DNA of 64,000 nt from Vicinamibacteria bacterium (GTDB taxonomy: Bacteria; Acidobacteriota; Vicinamibacteria; Fen-336): positions 37,309 to 101,308 of the forward strand of contig JAFGSN010000121.1 of the NCBI GenBank assembly GCA_016934575.1, written 5' to 3'. Below the pieces are notes generated by a model. It was not told the DNA's origin, did not search any database, and was given only the letters and a program-made list of their open reading frames with translations. The position numbers and the translations under genes were made by a program. Of this stretch, positions 27,594 to 36,569 are shown piece after piece; position 1 is the stretch's first letter, and each line of letters begins with the position of its first letter.

Positions 27594-28186
27594 TCGGCTC
27601 GGCGCCAGCGATGCAACGAACGGCGGCGTGCGTGATCACGCGCAAGAAGAGGCTGATCCACCGCGCGCCATGCGGCTCGGTCGCCGCCATGCCGATGAAC
27701 GGGATCTTGCTCTTCACTCCTGCCGCGAGCAATGCGGCCATCGCTATCAGGCGCCAGCGTCCGGCTTTGGCGGCGTTATGCGCGCTCCGCAAGAGCAGAT
27801 GATGCTGCGAGTCGCCCATTCGATCTTGAGCAGTTTCCCGCAGGCGGCGCAGCATAGGTACGTTCCTGGAGTGAAAACTGTGGCGGCCCGTCGCGGTGAA
27901 CGCTCAGGCATTGACGGTTTGACGGGAATCCGCCGCTCGGCCAAATCGATCTCTCCGCGACAAGCGCGTCCCGATCACGAGCCGCGCGCTTCTCCAGGCC
28001 CGCACGCGCGGTCACCGAATCATGTTTGCCGTATCTCTCCAGTCTATTTACGACCGCTCTTTTTTGCGGACAGCGCCGCTCGCTTACGGTCTTTTCGGCG
28101 GGACTGCTTGCGCTTTCGCCTGCGACGGATCTCCTTCATGCGTTCGATCATGCGTTCGATGCTCCTTGATAGAATAGAAACGAGTC

Positions 28187-29218
28187 CTAGGAAGTCTCTT
28201 GATTCGTGTCGATCTCGTCGGCGCCGGAATCGCCGCGGCCGCTCTCGCGCAGCTCTCTACGCGTCTCGGCGATGCGCCGGCGAATGATCCGCAGATAGGC
28301 GCGCGCCACCTTCTGGACGATGACGAGCAACTCGCCCATATTGGCCTTGACGGCGCCAGAGGCCCCGCCATCCCCGTAGACGAGATTGACGACCCGACCC
28401 CGCACGGCGATCGGGAACAGGGCCGCTGTCGCGCTCGGACGCTTGCCCAGCGTCTTCAGGAAACGCTGATTCTCCGCCTCTTGCCCGAGCCTTCCGATGA
28501 AGATCGTCTTGTCGCGCGTCACGATGCGAAACACCGAAGGCTGATCGAGAGGGATCTTGAAGCTGGCCGCCGTATGGCGATCGATGCCCTCCCCCAATCC
28601 GTTCCAACCCAGAATCCAGGGCTCGCGGACGATGAAGAAGATCACTCTTCGAAAATGATGAAGACACAACGCGAGAAGCGCGTCGACCACCTCGTCGCGA
28701 CTGGCGGCGGACTCGATCCGAGAGACCGCCGCCTGGGGGTCCAGCAGCGGCGGCGGCGCCGCCGCGTGATGCGTATCGGTGAATCGCCAGCGCTCGTCAA
28801 CGCCGTAAAAATCGCGCAGCAGGTGAATCATCCGCATCTCGGGGACAACGAGCGGGCGAATGATATAACCCAGGCGGAACCCCACTTCGGCCATCGCGGC
28901 ATGATCGTTCGGATCCACCATCAAAAGGTAGAGCGTCTTCCCGCGCAGCTTGAACGGGAACACTTTGTGTCGCGCCGCCATCGCCTTGGGAACGAGATCG
29001 ACGATCTCGGGCGTGATCTCGCGCATGTCGACCTTGACCGGAGGAACGCCGTGGATCTTGGCCAGGGCCTCCTCGAGACGCTCCTCGGTGATGAATCCCA
29101 GCTCAAAAAGGCTGGTTCCAAGCCGCCCGCCGTAAAGCACCTGATGCTGAACCGCCTCTTGGAGCTGCTGCTCCGTCACGATCCCGCGATCCCTCAGAAT
29201 GCGCGCCAGTATCGACAT
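28187..29218 (-). CDS. MshEN / T2SSE_N (GspE N-terminal) domain protein with a C-terminal domain of unknown function (possibly GAF-like). It is a putative c-di-GMP receptor.
   Basis: The N-terminal ~145 aa match the T2SSE_N fold. Two tandem 24-residue MshEN-type motifs are separated by a 5-aa spacer (LARILRDRGIVTEQQLQEAVQHQ-VLYGG-RLGTSLFELGFITEERLEEALAKI). There is no ATPase domain. Confidence 0.58.
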   Translation of the reverse strand: MSILARILRDRGIVTEQQLQEAVQHQVLYGGRLGTSLFELGFITEERLEEALAKIHGVPPVKVDMREITPEIVDLVPKAMAARHKVFPFKLRGKTLYLLMVDPNDHAAMAEVGFRLGYIIRPLVVPEMRMIHLLRDFYGVDERWRFTDTHHAAAPPPLLDPQAAVSRIESAASRDEVVDALLALCLHHFRRVIFFIVREPWILGWNGLGEGIDRHTAASFKIPLDQPSVFRIVTRDKTIFIGRLGQEAENQRFLKTLGKRPSATAALFPIAVRGRVVNLVYGDGGASGAVKANMGELLVIVQKVARAYLRIIRRRIAETRRELRESGRGDSGADEIDTNQETS

Positions 29219-29266
29219 CTTTATCTCGTCACCACCAGGCTATTCTAGAACAGACGCCGCCTTTTC

Positions 29267-30556
29267 GTGATGCTTCAACTGAGTTATCATTTTCAATCGT
29301 CTTTTTGGCTGTCACCGATGAACGGCAAGCAAGAATCGCTGACGTCTTATCATAGCCACCTGCCCCTTCTCACTTCCCAGCTCGTCGAAGTTGGAAGCTT
29401 CGGGATCATGGTGATCGACGCCTCGGCTTTCTCCGTCATCGAGCGCGAGTACGGCAGCGACACTTATGATCAAGTGCGCGGCCGCGTTCTCGATATTCTG
29501 CATGAGCATAGAGGCAAGGACTTCCGTCACGGAGACGTCGTCACGCTTGACGAGCCGCGCGGGCTGCGCCTGCTTCTGTTGCTCGAACGTAAACGGCTCG
29601 GTCCGTATCCTATCAGTCCCGCGGATTTCAAGATCGTTCGCGCGCGGCTCATCACGACCGTCGTGCCACGGCTGGCGCGGGCCGGCTTTCCCTACCTGAA
29701 AAATCCTCCGCGCATCGAGGTGGCATACGGCATGGCGCTCTACAATCCTCTCGTTCATCCAGAGAGCATCGTGCGCCGCACGATCGAGGAAGCCCTGGTC
29801 CAGGCGTCCCATCAACGCCTGGCCGACGAGCTCAACCAGCGCGAAAAGCTTCAGGACCTGATCATCCGTTCGCGAATCGTCACGGCCTTTCAGCCGATCG
29901 TTCTGCTCAAGGACCGCACGGTTCTCGGATTCGAGGCTCTCTCGCGCGGCGCTCGCGGAACCGGATTCGAGAACGCCGGCGATCTTTTCGGGACCGCCGC
30001 GCGTTACGCGCTCCTCGTGGAGCTGGACCGCCTCTGCCGGACGCGCGCTTTGCTGTCCTCCGGTCGCATCCCGACGAACGCCCGGATTTTCATCAACACC
30101 TTGCCGGCCACGATGCGCGATCCCCAGTTTCGCGGCAAGTCCCTGATCACGTTCCTCGAGCGCACTCAGGTCATGCCCGAGCGCCTCGTCATCGAAATCA
30201 CCGAGAAGCTCATCATCGAGAACTACGACGCCTTTCGTGAAACGCTCGCCTACTTCACCGATCTCGGCATTTCATTCGCGGTCGACGACGTCGGCGCGGG
30301 TTATTCCGGCCTGGAATCCATCGCCCGTCTCAAGCCGCACTACCTCAAGATCGACATGGCCCTGGTGCGCGACGTGCATTCGAGCGTCACCAGTCGCGCC
30401 ATGGTTCAAGCCATCCTCGCCATGGGACAGGACATCGGCTCCACGGTCATCGCCGAAGGAATCCAGACGCGGGAAGAGGCCGACACGCTCTTCTCCATGG
30501 GCGTCAGCATCGGCCAAGGTTTCTATCTCGCTCGGCCAGACATGGGACCCGAGTGA
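29267..30556 (+). CDS. EAL-domain cyclic-di-GMP phosphodiesterase with an N-terminal degenerate GGDEF-like domain
   Basis: C-terminal EAL domain with intact catalytic motifs (FEALSR, FQPIV, DDVGAGYSGL, KIDMALV, AEGIQT, GQGFYLARP). The N-terminal ~190 aa resemble a GGDEF fold (MVIDASAFSVIEREYGSDTYDQVRGRVLDIL) but lack GG[DE]EF. The start may be ATG 29318. Confidence 0.72.
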   Translation: MMLQLSYHFQSSFWLSPMNGKQESLTSYHSHLPLLTSQLVEVGSFGIMVIDASAFSVIEREYGSDTYDQVRGRVLDILHEHRGKDFRHGDVVTLDEPRGLRLLLLLERKRLGPYPISPADFKIVRARLITTVVPRLARAGFPYLKNPPRIEVAYGMALYNPLVHPESIVRRTIEEALVQASHQRLADELNQREKLQDLIIRSRIVTAFQPIVLLKDRTVLGFEALSRGARGTGFENAGDLFGTAARYALLVELDRLCRTRALLSSGRIPTNARIFINTLPATMRDPQFRGKSLITFLERTQVMPERLVIEITEKLIIENYDAFRETLAYFTDLGISFAVDDVGAGYSGLESIARLKPHYLKIDMALVRDVHSSVTSRAMVQAILAMGQDIGSTVIAEGIQTREEADTLFSMGVSIGQGFYLARPDMGPE

Positions 30557-30712
30557 GGCGAAATCGGCCCGGGAACCAGGGAAAAAACGACCCGTCGCAA
30601 CGCGCGCCCTGCGGAATGCCGCAACCCGCTCCTTTTCGAGCCATAATGAGCGCGACGCAGACGGCCACCTCTTCTGGTAGCCGCTCCGTATCGAATCCGG
30701 AGGGCAGACGTC

Positions 30713-32047
30713 ATGAGTTATCGCGCATGGTTCCAGTGCATCACGCCGGAGTGCGGACAGACTTACGCCCTGGAAGAAGTCGTCTATCTTTGTGCGCGCT
30801 GCGGCAACCTGCTCGAAGTGCGCCACGATCTCGATGCGCTGCGCAACCGCAGCGCCGTCTCATGGATGCGGCTGTTCGACGACCGTTACAAGACGGGCCA
30901 GTGGCCCTATGGCTCGGCCATCTGGGGAAAAAAGGAGTGGGTCCTGCCCGAGGTCGACAACGCAAACATCGTTTCAATGTACGAGGGCGGAACGAACCTC
31001 TACTGGACCGAACGTTTCGGGAAGATCATCGGCTTGCGCGATCTGTGGGTCAAGCAGTGCGGCAACAGCCATACGGGATCCTTCAAGGACCTGGGCATGA
31101 CCGTGCTCGTATCTCAAGTCAAGCACATGATCTCCAGAGGCAAGCCCATTAAGGCCGTCGCTTGCGCGTCGACCGGGGACACTTCGGCGGCGCTTTCGGC
31201 GTATTGCGCCGCGGCCGGCATTCCCTCGATCGTGTTCCTGCCGAAGGACAAGGTGTCGCTGGCGCAGCTCATTCAGCCCGTTTCGAACGGCGCCATCGTG
31301 CTTTCGCTCGACACCGACTTCGACGGATGCATGGCGCTCGTTAAAAAGATCACCGAGGACCAGACGATCTACCTGGCCAACTCGATGAACTCGCTGCGCG
31401 TCGAGGGCCAGAAGACGATCGCGATCGAGATCGTGCAGCAATTCGATTGGGAAGTCCCGGACACGATCGTCATCCCCGGCGGCAATCTCGGGAACGTCTC
31501 GGCGCTCGGCGCCGGTTTCGAGATGCTGGAGGAGATCGGCCTCATCACGCGCCGGCCGCGCATCGTCGTGGCTCAGGCTGAACGCGCCAATCCGCTCTAT
31601 CAGGCGTACAAGAGCGACTGGAAGACCTTCGAGCCGATCACGGCGCGCAAGACGGTCGCCAGCGCGATTCAGATCGGCAACCCCGTGAGCGTGCAAAAGG
31701 CGATACGAATCCTCAAGAAGTATTCGGGTATCGTGGAGCAAGCGACCGAGGACGAGATTGCCAACGCCGCCGCTCTCGCCGACCGCTGCGGCATGTTCAA
31801 CTGCCCACATACCGGCGTCGCGCTGGCGGCGCTCATGAAACTCAAAGAGCGCGACGCCATCGCCTCCGATGAGCGCGTCGTCGTGATATCGACGGCGCAC
31901 GGCCTCAAGTTCTCCGAATTCAAAGTCGGCTATCACCGCGGCATGCTCGAACACGTGACTTCCCGCCATGCCAATCCGCCGACCGAGCTGCCCGCCGAGC
32001 TCGACGTGGTCAAACGCACGATCGATGAAAAAATCGCCGGGATCTGA
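30713..32047 (+). CDS. thrC: threonine synthase (long form, with N-terminal zinc ribbon)
   Basis: 444 aa with N-terminal CxxC...CxxC (CITPECG...CARCGN), the PLP lysine motif GSFKDLGM, and ThrC fold-type II architecture. A GGAGGG RBS precedes it. Confidence 0.85.
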   Translation: MSYRAWFQCITPECGQTYALEEVVYLCARCGNLLEVRHDLDALRNRSAVSWMRLFDDRYKTGQWPYGSAIWGKKEWVLPEVDNANIVSMYEGGTNLYWTERFGKIIGLRDLWVKQCGNSHTGSFKDLGMTVLVSQVKHMISRGKPIKAVACASTGDTSAALSAYCAAAGIPSIVFLPKDKVSLAQLIQPVSNGAIVLSLDTDFDGCMALVKKITEDQTIYLANSMNSLRVEGQKTIAIEIVQQFDWEVPDTIVIPGGNLGNVSALGAGFEMLEEIGLITRRPRIVVAQAERANPLYQAYKSDWKTFEPITARKTVASAIQIGNPVSVQKAIRILKKYSGIVEQATEDEIANAAALADRCGMFNCPHTGVALAALMKLKERDAIASDERVVVISTAHGLKFSEFKVGYHRGMLEHVTSRHANPPTELPAELDVVKRTIDEKIAGI

Positions 32048-32160
32048 ACAGGGCGGCCCGAAAACCGCCACGCGCCACATACGTATATTCCATATTGGGA
32101 GCGTCCCTGCGCGATCATTGATCGTCCGGACTCTCCCTCTCTCCGCTGGAGCTTCTACCA

Positions 32161-33351
32161 ATGACGCCTGATCGAAAACCGCCCGTCGGCCTGTCGACCC
32201 TCTCCGTCCACGGCGGCGAGACGCGCCCCAAACCCGACTTTTCGATGACCCCGCCCGTGGTCTTCAGCTCGACCTTCACTTTCACGACAACACAAGACCG
32301 CATCGATCACGCCGAAGGACGCGTCAATCGCGGCGAGGAGTACGGCCGCTACGGAAATCCGACGCAATCGACGGTCGAAAACAAGCTCGCCGTCCTCGAA
32401 GGCGGCGAGTCGGCGTTGCTTTTCTCGACCGGCATGGCCGCGGTCACGACGACGCTGCTGGCGATTCTGGGCAAGGGCGCGCACGTCGTTTTCACGAGTG
32501 ACTGCTACCGAAAAACGCGCCAGTTCGCCACGGACGTTCTTCCGCGGCTTGGCTTCGAGCACAGCCTCGTCGCTCCCGACGTCTCAGCCGTGGAACAGGC
32601 CATCCGCGCCAACACGCAAGCGTTGTTCACCGAGTCTCCCACCAATCCATACCTGAACGTCATCGATCTCGAATCCTTCGCGGCGCTCGGCCGGAAACGC
32701 GGCTTGACGACGATCATCGATTCGACCTTCGCGACGCCGTTCAATCAACGCCCGATCGAGTTGGGCATCGATCTCGTGATCCATTCCGCAACGAAGTACC
32801 TGGGAGGCCACAACGATCTTCTCGCCGGATGCGTCGTCGGAGGACGCGATATCGTGGCGACGATCAAGGAATTCCAGGGCGTGCTCGGGCCCGTGCCCGA
32901 GCCAATGTCTTGTTACCTGCTCGCGCGCGGGCTCAAAACCCTCGCGCTGCGCATGGAACGTCACAATACCAACGCTCAGTCGATCGCCGCGCACCTCGCG
33001 CGTCATCCCAAGATCGAACGCGTCCATTACCCCGGCCTGTCCGATCACCCGAGACACGCGCTGGCGCGACGGCAGATGCGCGGATTCGGCGGCGTGATCA
33101 GCTTCGAGGTCCGAGGCGACGGCTTGAAGACCAGCCGTTTCATCGACGCCATGCGGATCCCTCAAATCGCTCCCAGCCTGGGCGGCGTCGAGAGTCTTAT
33201 CGAGCAGCCGGCGCTGATGTCCTTTTACCACATGGCGCCCGAGGAACGCCGTTCAATCGGCATCCTCGACAACTTGGTTCGCTTCGCGATCGGCATCGAG
33301 GACGCGGACGATCTGATCGCGGACCTCGACCAGGCGCTGGCCCGCCTGTAA
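32161..33351 (+). CDS. Cys/Met-metabolism PLP-dependent enzyme (cystathionine gamma-synthase/beta-lyase or O-succinylhomoserine sulfhydrylase family)
   Basis: 396 aa with the PLP lysine motif IHSATKYLGGHNDLLAGCVVG and the family signature DSTFATPFNQRP. Confidence 0.8.
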   Translation: MTPDRKPPVGLSTLSVHGGETRPKPDFSMTPPVVFSSTFTFTTTQDRIDHAEGRVNRGEEYGRYGNPTQSTVENKLAVLEGGESALLFSTGMAAVTTTLLAILGKGAHVVFTSDCYRKTRQFATDVLPRLGFEHSLVAPDVSAVEQAIRANTQALFTESPTNPYLNVIDLESFAALGRKRGLTTIIDSTFATPFNQRPIELGIDLVIHSATKYLGGHNDLLAGCVVGGRDIVATIKEFQGVLGPVPEPMSCYLLARGLKTLALRMERHNTNAQSIAAHLARHPKIERVHYPGLSDHPRHALARRQMRGFGGVISFEVRGDGLKTSRFIDAMRIPQIAPSLGGVESLIEQPALMSFYHMAPEERRSIGILDNLVRFAIGIEDADDLIADLDQALARL

Positions 33352-33503
33352 TGGACTGAAAGCAAGGGCAGAGCCGCAAGGAGCCCACCGCCGGCTTCGG
33401 CTCCGCTTCACGGTTGGGCGTTCGTCGCTTTCGGACAAACCACTATCATTTTCAGAATCCATCCTTGCTTAATTCAATTCTTACGTCTTTTTTTGGCCGC
33501 CTA

Positions 33504-34085
33504 CTACGAGCCGAGCAAGGATGGCGCCGGCCGTTCGTCGGACGCGCGCATCCGCCTGCCGATCCACCATCTGGTCGCGCTAGTCGTCGGAAACTGCGCC
33601 ACTGCCGGACCGACCATCAAGACGGCCAGCGCCAGGCTGATCGGAGATCGCTCGATAAAATAGGCCACGAGCGGCAAAAGCGAAGCCGCCTCGAGAACCG
33701 CCGTTCTCACGACCAACCACTGACGCATGACGAATAGAAGGCGCCGCGCTTCGCTCATCCGCGCATGATCGCGAACCTCCTCGCTTGCGCCGCTCTGATT
33801 CTCGTCCGATCGTGCAGGCGTGGTCGAGCGCATTCGAGATTCGACGAGCATGCGATCGACGAATCGCCGCGCCAGAAGACCGCCCGCGGCGACGACGGCG
33901 CCGGCGTACGTCCAGACGAATTGCCGTGTCGACCGAGCCGGCGATATTTGAACCGCTGCCAGGACGAGCAAGGCGGATATCAACCAGCCTGCCAGGAGGA
34001 ATCCGATCTGGATCTGCAGCTTGCGGATCGGGGAGGTCAGTTCACCGATCGGATCGCCCTGATGAGCGTCAAACATCGCCATCAT
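33504..34085 (-). CDS. hypothetical integral membrane protein (~4 TM)
   Basis: 193-aa ORF with 4 hydrophobic helices and ~75% GC3, as in neighbouring genes. I recognised no family. Confidence 0.35.
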   Translation of the reverse strand: MMAMFDAHQGDPIGELTSPIRKLQIQIGFLLAGWLISALLVLAAVQISPARSTRQFVWTYAGAVVAAGGLLARRFVDRMLVESRMRSTTPARSDENQSGASEEVRDHARMSEARRLLFVMRQWLVVRTAVLEAASLLPLVAYFIERSPISLALAVLMVGPAVAQFPTTSATRWWIGRRMRASDERPAPSLLGS

Positions 34086-34094
34086 CCATTCAAC

Positions 34095-34265
34095 TCAGAG
34101 CCTCTTCACGAAACAACCCAACGCCAGAAGGCAGAAGGCGATGGTCACGAACCAGAAGGGATCGATGCCCAATCCGGTCACATGAAGAACGCCGAAACGC
34201 ATCAGAATGCCGGCCGCCCCGAGAACGACGGCGACCAGCCACGTGCCGAAAGCAGGTCGTGACAT
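34095..34265 (-). CDS. hypothetical small membrane protein (57 aa, 2 TM)
   Basis: ATG at 34265 sits 8 nt downstream of GGAGGAG. The translation MSRPAFGTWLVAVVLGAAGILMRFGVLHVTGLGIDPFWFVTIAFCLLALGCFVKRL has two TM helices. Confidence 0.3.
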   Translation of the reverse strand: MSRPAFGTWLVAVVLGAAGILMRFGVLHVTGLGIDPFWFVTIAFCLLALGCFVKRL

Positions 34266-34376
34266 TTTCATCGCCTCTCCTCCGCAACGTTCGGTCCGCA
34301 TTGTACTCGACTTCTCGCGGGGATTATCCAGGAACGACTGCCGAGGCCCGGAACATCGTGCTAAGATCGCGCCGTT

Positions 34377-36455
34377 ATGAGCAGCCCAAAACCAAAACAA
34401 GAAAGGCTAGGCGGCCGGTTTCGACCCGTCGTCTCCCCCGATACGACGATGGCGGAGTTCACGGCCCGCGCCTTGCTCCTGGGACTCGCCATGTGCGTCG
34501 TGCTCGGCGCCGCCAACGCCTACCTCGGCCTCAAGGCCGGGATGACGATCGCCGCGACATACCCCGCGGCCGTCATCGGAATGGCCGTCCTGCGCCTTTT
34601 CCGCGGCAGCCTGCTCGAGGAGAATTTCGCCCGAACCGTCGGATCGATCGGCGAATCGGTGGCGGCCGGCGCGATCTTCACGCTGCCGGCTTTCGTCATC
34701 CTCCAGCTCTGGACTTTTAACAACACGACGGACTATTTACGCGCCACCGCGCTGATGATCGTGGGCGGTATTCTCGGAATCTTGTTCGTGACGCTTCTGC
34801 GGCGCGTCATGGTCGAGGATCCCGAGCTGCCTTACCCCGAGTCCGTGGCGGCGGCCGAGATCCACAAGGCCGGCCAGCGGGGTTCGGAAGCCGCCAGACA
34901 GCTCTTCACGGCCATGGGCGTCGGAGCAATCGTCCAGCTTTTCGCGAACTTCAAGGTTTTTTTCGCATCCAACGACTTTCTGCTTGGCCTGGGTGAGATC
35001 GGCCGGAGCGTTGTTCGCCTGGGATTCAAGACGACAGACCACAAGGTGGCGGCGGGCGGAACGTCTCTCTTTTCGGCGCCGGCCGTGAGCCCGGCCTATT
35101 TCGGCGTGGGATACATCATCGGCCCGGTGCTGGGTTCGTTAAACTTCGCAGGCGGTCTTCTGGCCTGGGGACTATTCGTTCCGCTTCTCGTGTTCTTCCT
35201 GGGCCCGAGCGTGATCGGTCCTTTTGCCGAGACCCAGGGTCTGACGACCGGCAGCGAAGAGGCGTGGACGGCTTTTTCGGTGGAGATCTGGAAAAACATG
35301 GTCCGGCCCATCGCGGTGGGCGGCATGCTCGTTGGAGCGTTCTACACGCTCTGGTGCATGCGCCGGAACCTTGCGATCGGAATGCGGCGCGGCATCGCCG
35401 ACCTCAAAAAGTCCGCCGGCGCCTCTGAAACGACGAGCCGAACGGAGCAGGATCTGAGTTTCAAAAAGGTTCTGATCGGAATCGGCGTGGTCTTCATCGC
35501 GATGATCGGATTGTACTTTTACTTCACCGGCGTCATCGGCGGCGCGATTCTGGCTGCGATAGTGATGCTCGTCACGGGTTTCTTTTTTGCCGCGGTCTCG
35601 GGCAACCTCGTCGGATTGATCGGCTCATCGAACAATCCGGTCTCGGGTCTCACGCTGGCAACGCTGCTGATCGCCGCGCTGACGATGGTCCTCGTCGGCG
35701 TCTCGGGCGACGCGGGAGTCGCGGCGGTGCTCGGCGTGGCGGCGGTCGTCTGCGTCGCGGCCGCCGTCGCGGGCGAGATGCTTCAGGACCTCAAGGTCGG
35801 GCACATACTCGGCGGCACGCCGTGGCGCATGCAGGTCGGCAACCTGATCGGCGTCGTCGTCGCCGGCGCCACGCTGTTCTTCCCGCTCTACTTCCTTCAT
35901 GCCGCGAACATCCAGCAAGGCGGATCGGGATTCGGAGATCGACAGTTGTCGGCGCCGCAAGCCGGTCTCATGGCGACTCTGGCCCGAGGGATCGTCGGCG
36001 GCGAGATGGCCTGGCCGCTCGTGATCGTGGGCATCGCGATGGGCGTCGCCATGATCCTGGTCCGGGTGAAAAGCCCCATGCTTTTCGCCGTGGGCATGTA
36101 CCTGCCGCTCGAGACGACTTTTGCGATCTTCGTCGGCGGCATGATTCGCGGTCTCGTGGACTGGTTCAGCGAGAGACGGAATCACAACGACGCTCAAAAG
36201 GCCCGCGTCGAAAACGCGGGCATCCTGACCGCTTCCGGCCTCATCGCGGGCGAAGCGCTCATGGGTCTGGCGGTGGCCGTGATCGTCTATTTCAGCGGAG
36301 GATTCCCTGAAATCGCCTGGGAAAAGACGTTAGCCGCCGCTCCAAGGCTGGTGGCGGCCGTCTTCGGCGCCGTCCTGCTGACATACATGACGATCGTTCC
36401 ATTGCGCAAGGCCGGCTCGCCTGACGAGCCTGCTCCGCCGACAATCGTGATGTAG
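34377..36455 (+). CDS. OPT-family oligopeptide transporter
   Basis: 692-aa polytopic protein with the OPT N-terminal signature (LLLGLAMCVVLGAANAYLGLKAGMTIAATYPAAVIGMAVLR) and 14-16 TM helices. The start may instead be ATG 34449. Confidence 0.8.
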   Translation: MSSPKPKQERLGGRFRPVVSPDTTMAEFTARALLLGLAMCVVLGAANAYLGLKAGMTIAATYPAAVIGMAVLRLFRGSLLEENFARTVGSIGESVAAGAIFTLPAFVILQLWTFNNTTDYLRATALMIVGGILGILFVTLLRRVMVEDPELPYPESVAAAEIHKAGQRGSEAARQLFTAMGVGAIVQLFANFKVFFASNDFLLGLGEIGRSVVRLGFKTTDHKVAAGGTSLFSAPAVSPAYFGVGYIIGPVLGSLNFAGGLLAWGLFVPLLVFFLGPSVIGPFAETQGLTTGSEEAWTAFSVEIWKNMVRPIAVGGMLVGAFYTLWCMRRNLAIGMRRGIADLKKSAGASETTSRTEQDLSFKKVLIGIGVVFIAMIGLYFYFTGVIGGAILAAIVMLVTGFFFAAVSGNLVGLIGSSNNPVSGLTLATLLIAALTMVLVGVSGDAGVAAVLGVAAVVCVAAAVAGEMLQDLKVGHILGGTPWRMQVGNLIGVVVAGATLFFPLYFLHAANIQQGGSGFGDRQLSAPQAGLMATLARGIVGGEMAWPLVIVGIAMGVAMILVRVKSPMLFAVGMYLPLETTFAIFVGGMIRGLVDWFSERRNHNDAQKARVENAGILTASGLIAGEALMGLAVAVIVYFSGGFPEIAWEKTLAAAPRLVAAVFGAVLLTYMTIVPLRKAGSPDEPAPPTIVM

Positions 36456-36569
36456 TCCATGCTTAATCAGCGGCGATTCCGGGGCGGTTTTGACGCCGCA
36501 TCCTTTTTATGGCGAGTTGATGAGTAGCTGCGGCCGCTTGGCCAACGGAATTGAAAGGAGTTGCTGAAA

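Noticed and set aside
28199-29248. Plus-strand 349-aa ORF
   Set aside because: It is antisense to the MshEN-domain gene and its translation is low-complexity.
30974-32161. Minus-strand 395-aa ORF
   Set aside because: It is antisense to thrC, which has an unambiguous PLP-lysine motif.
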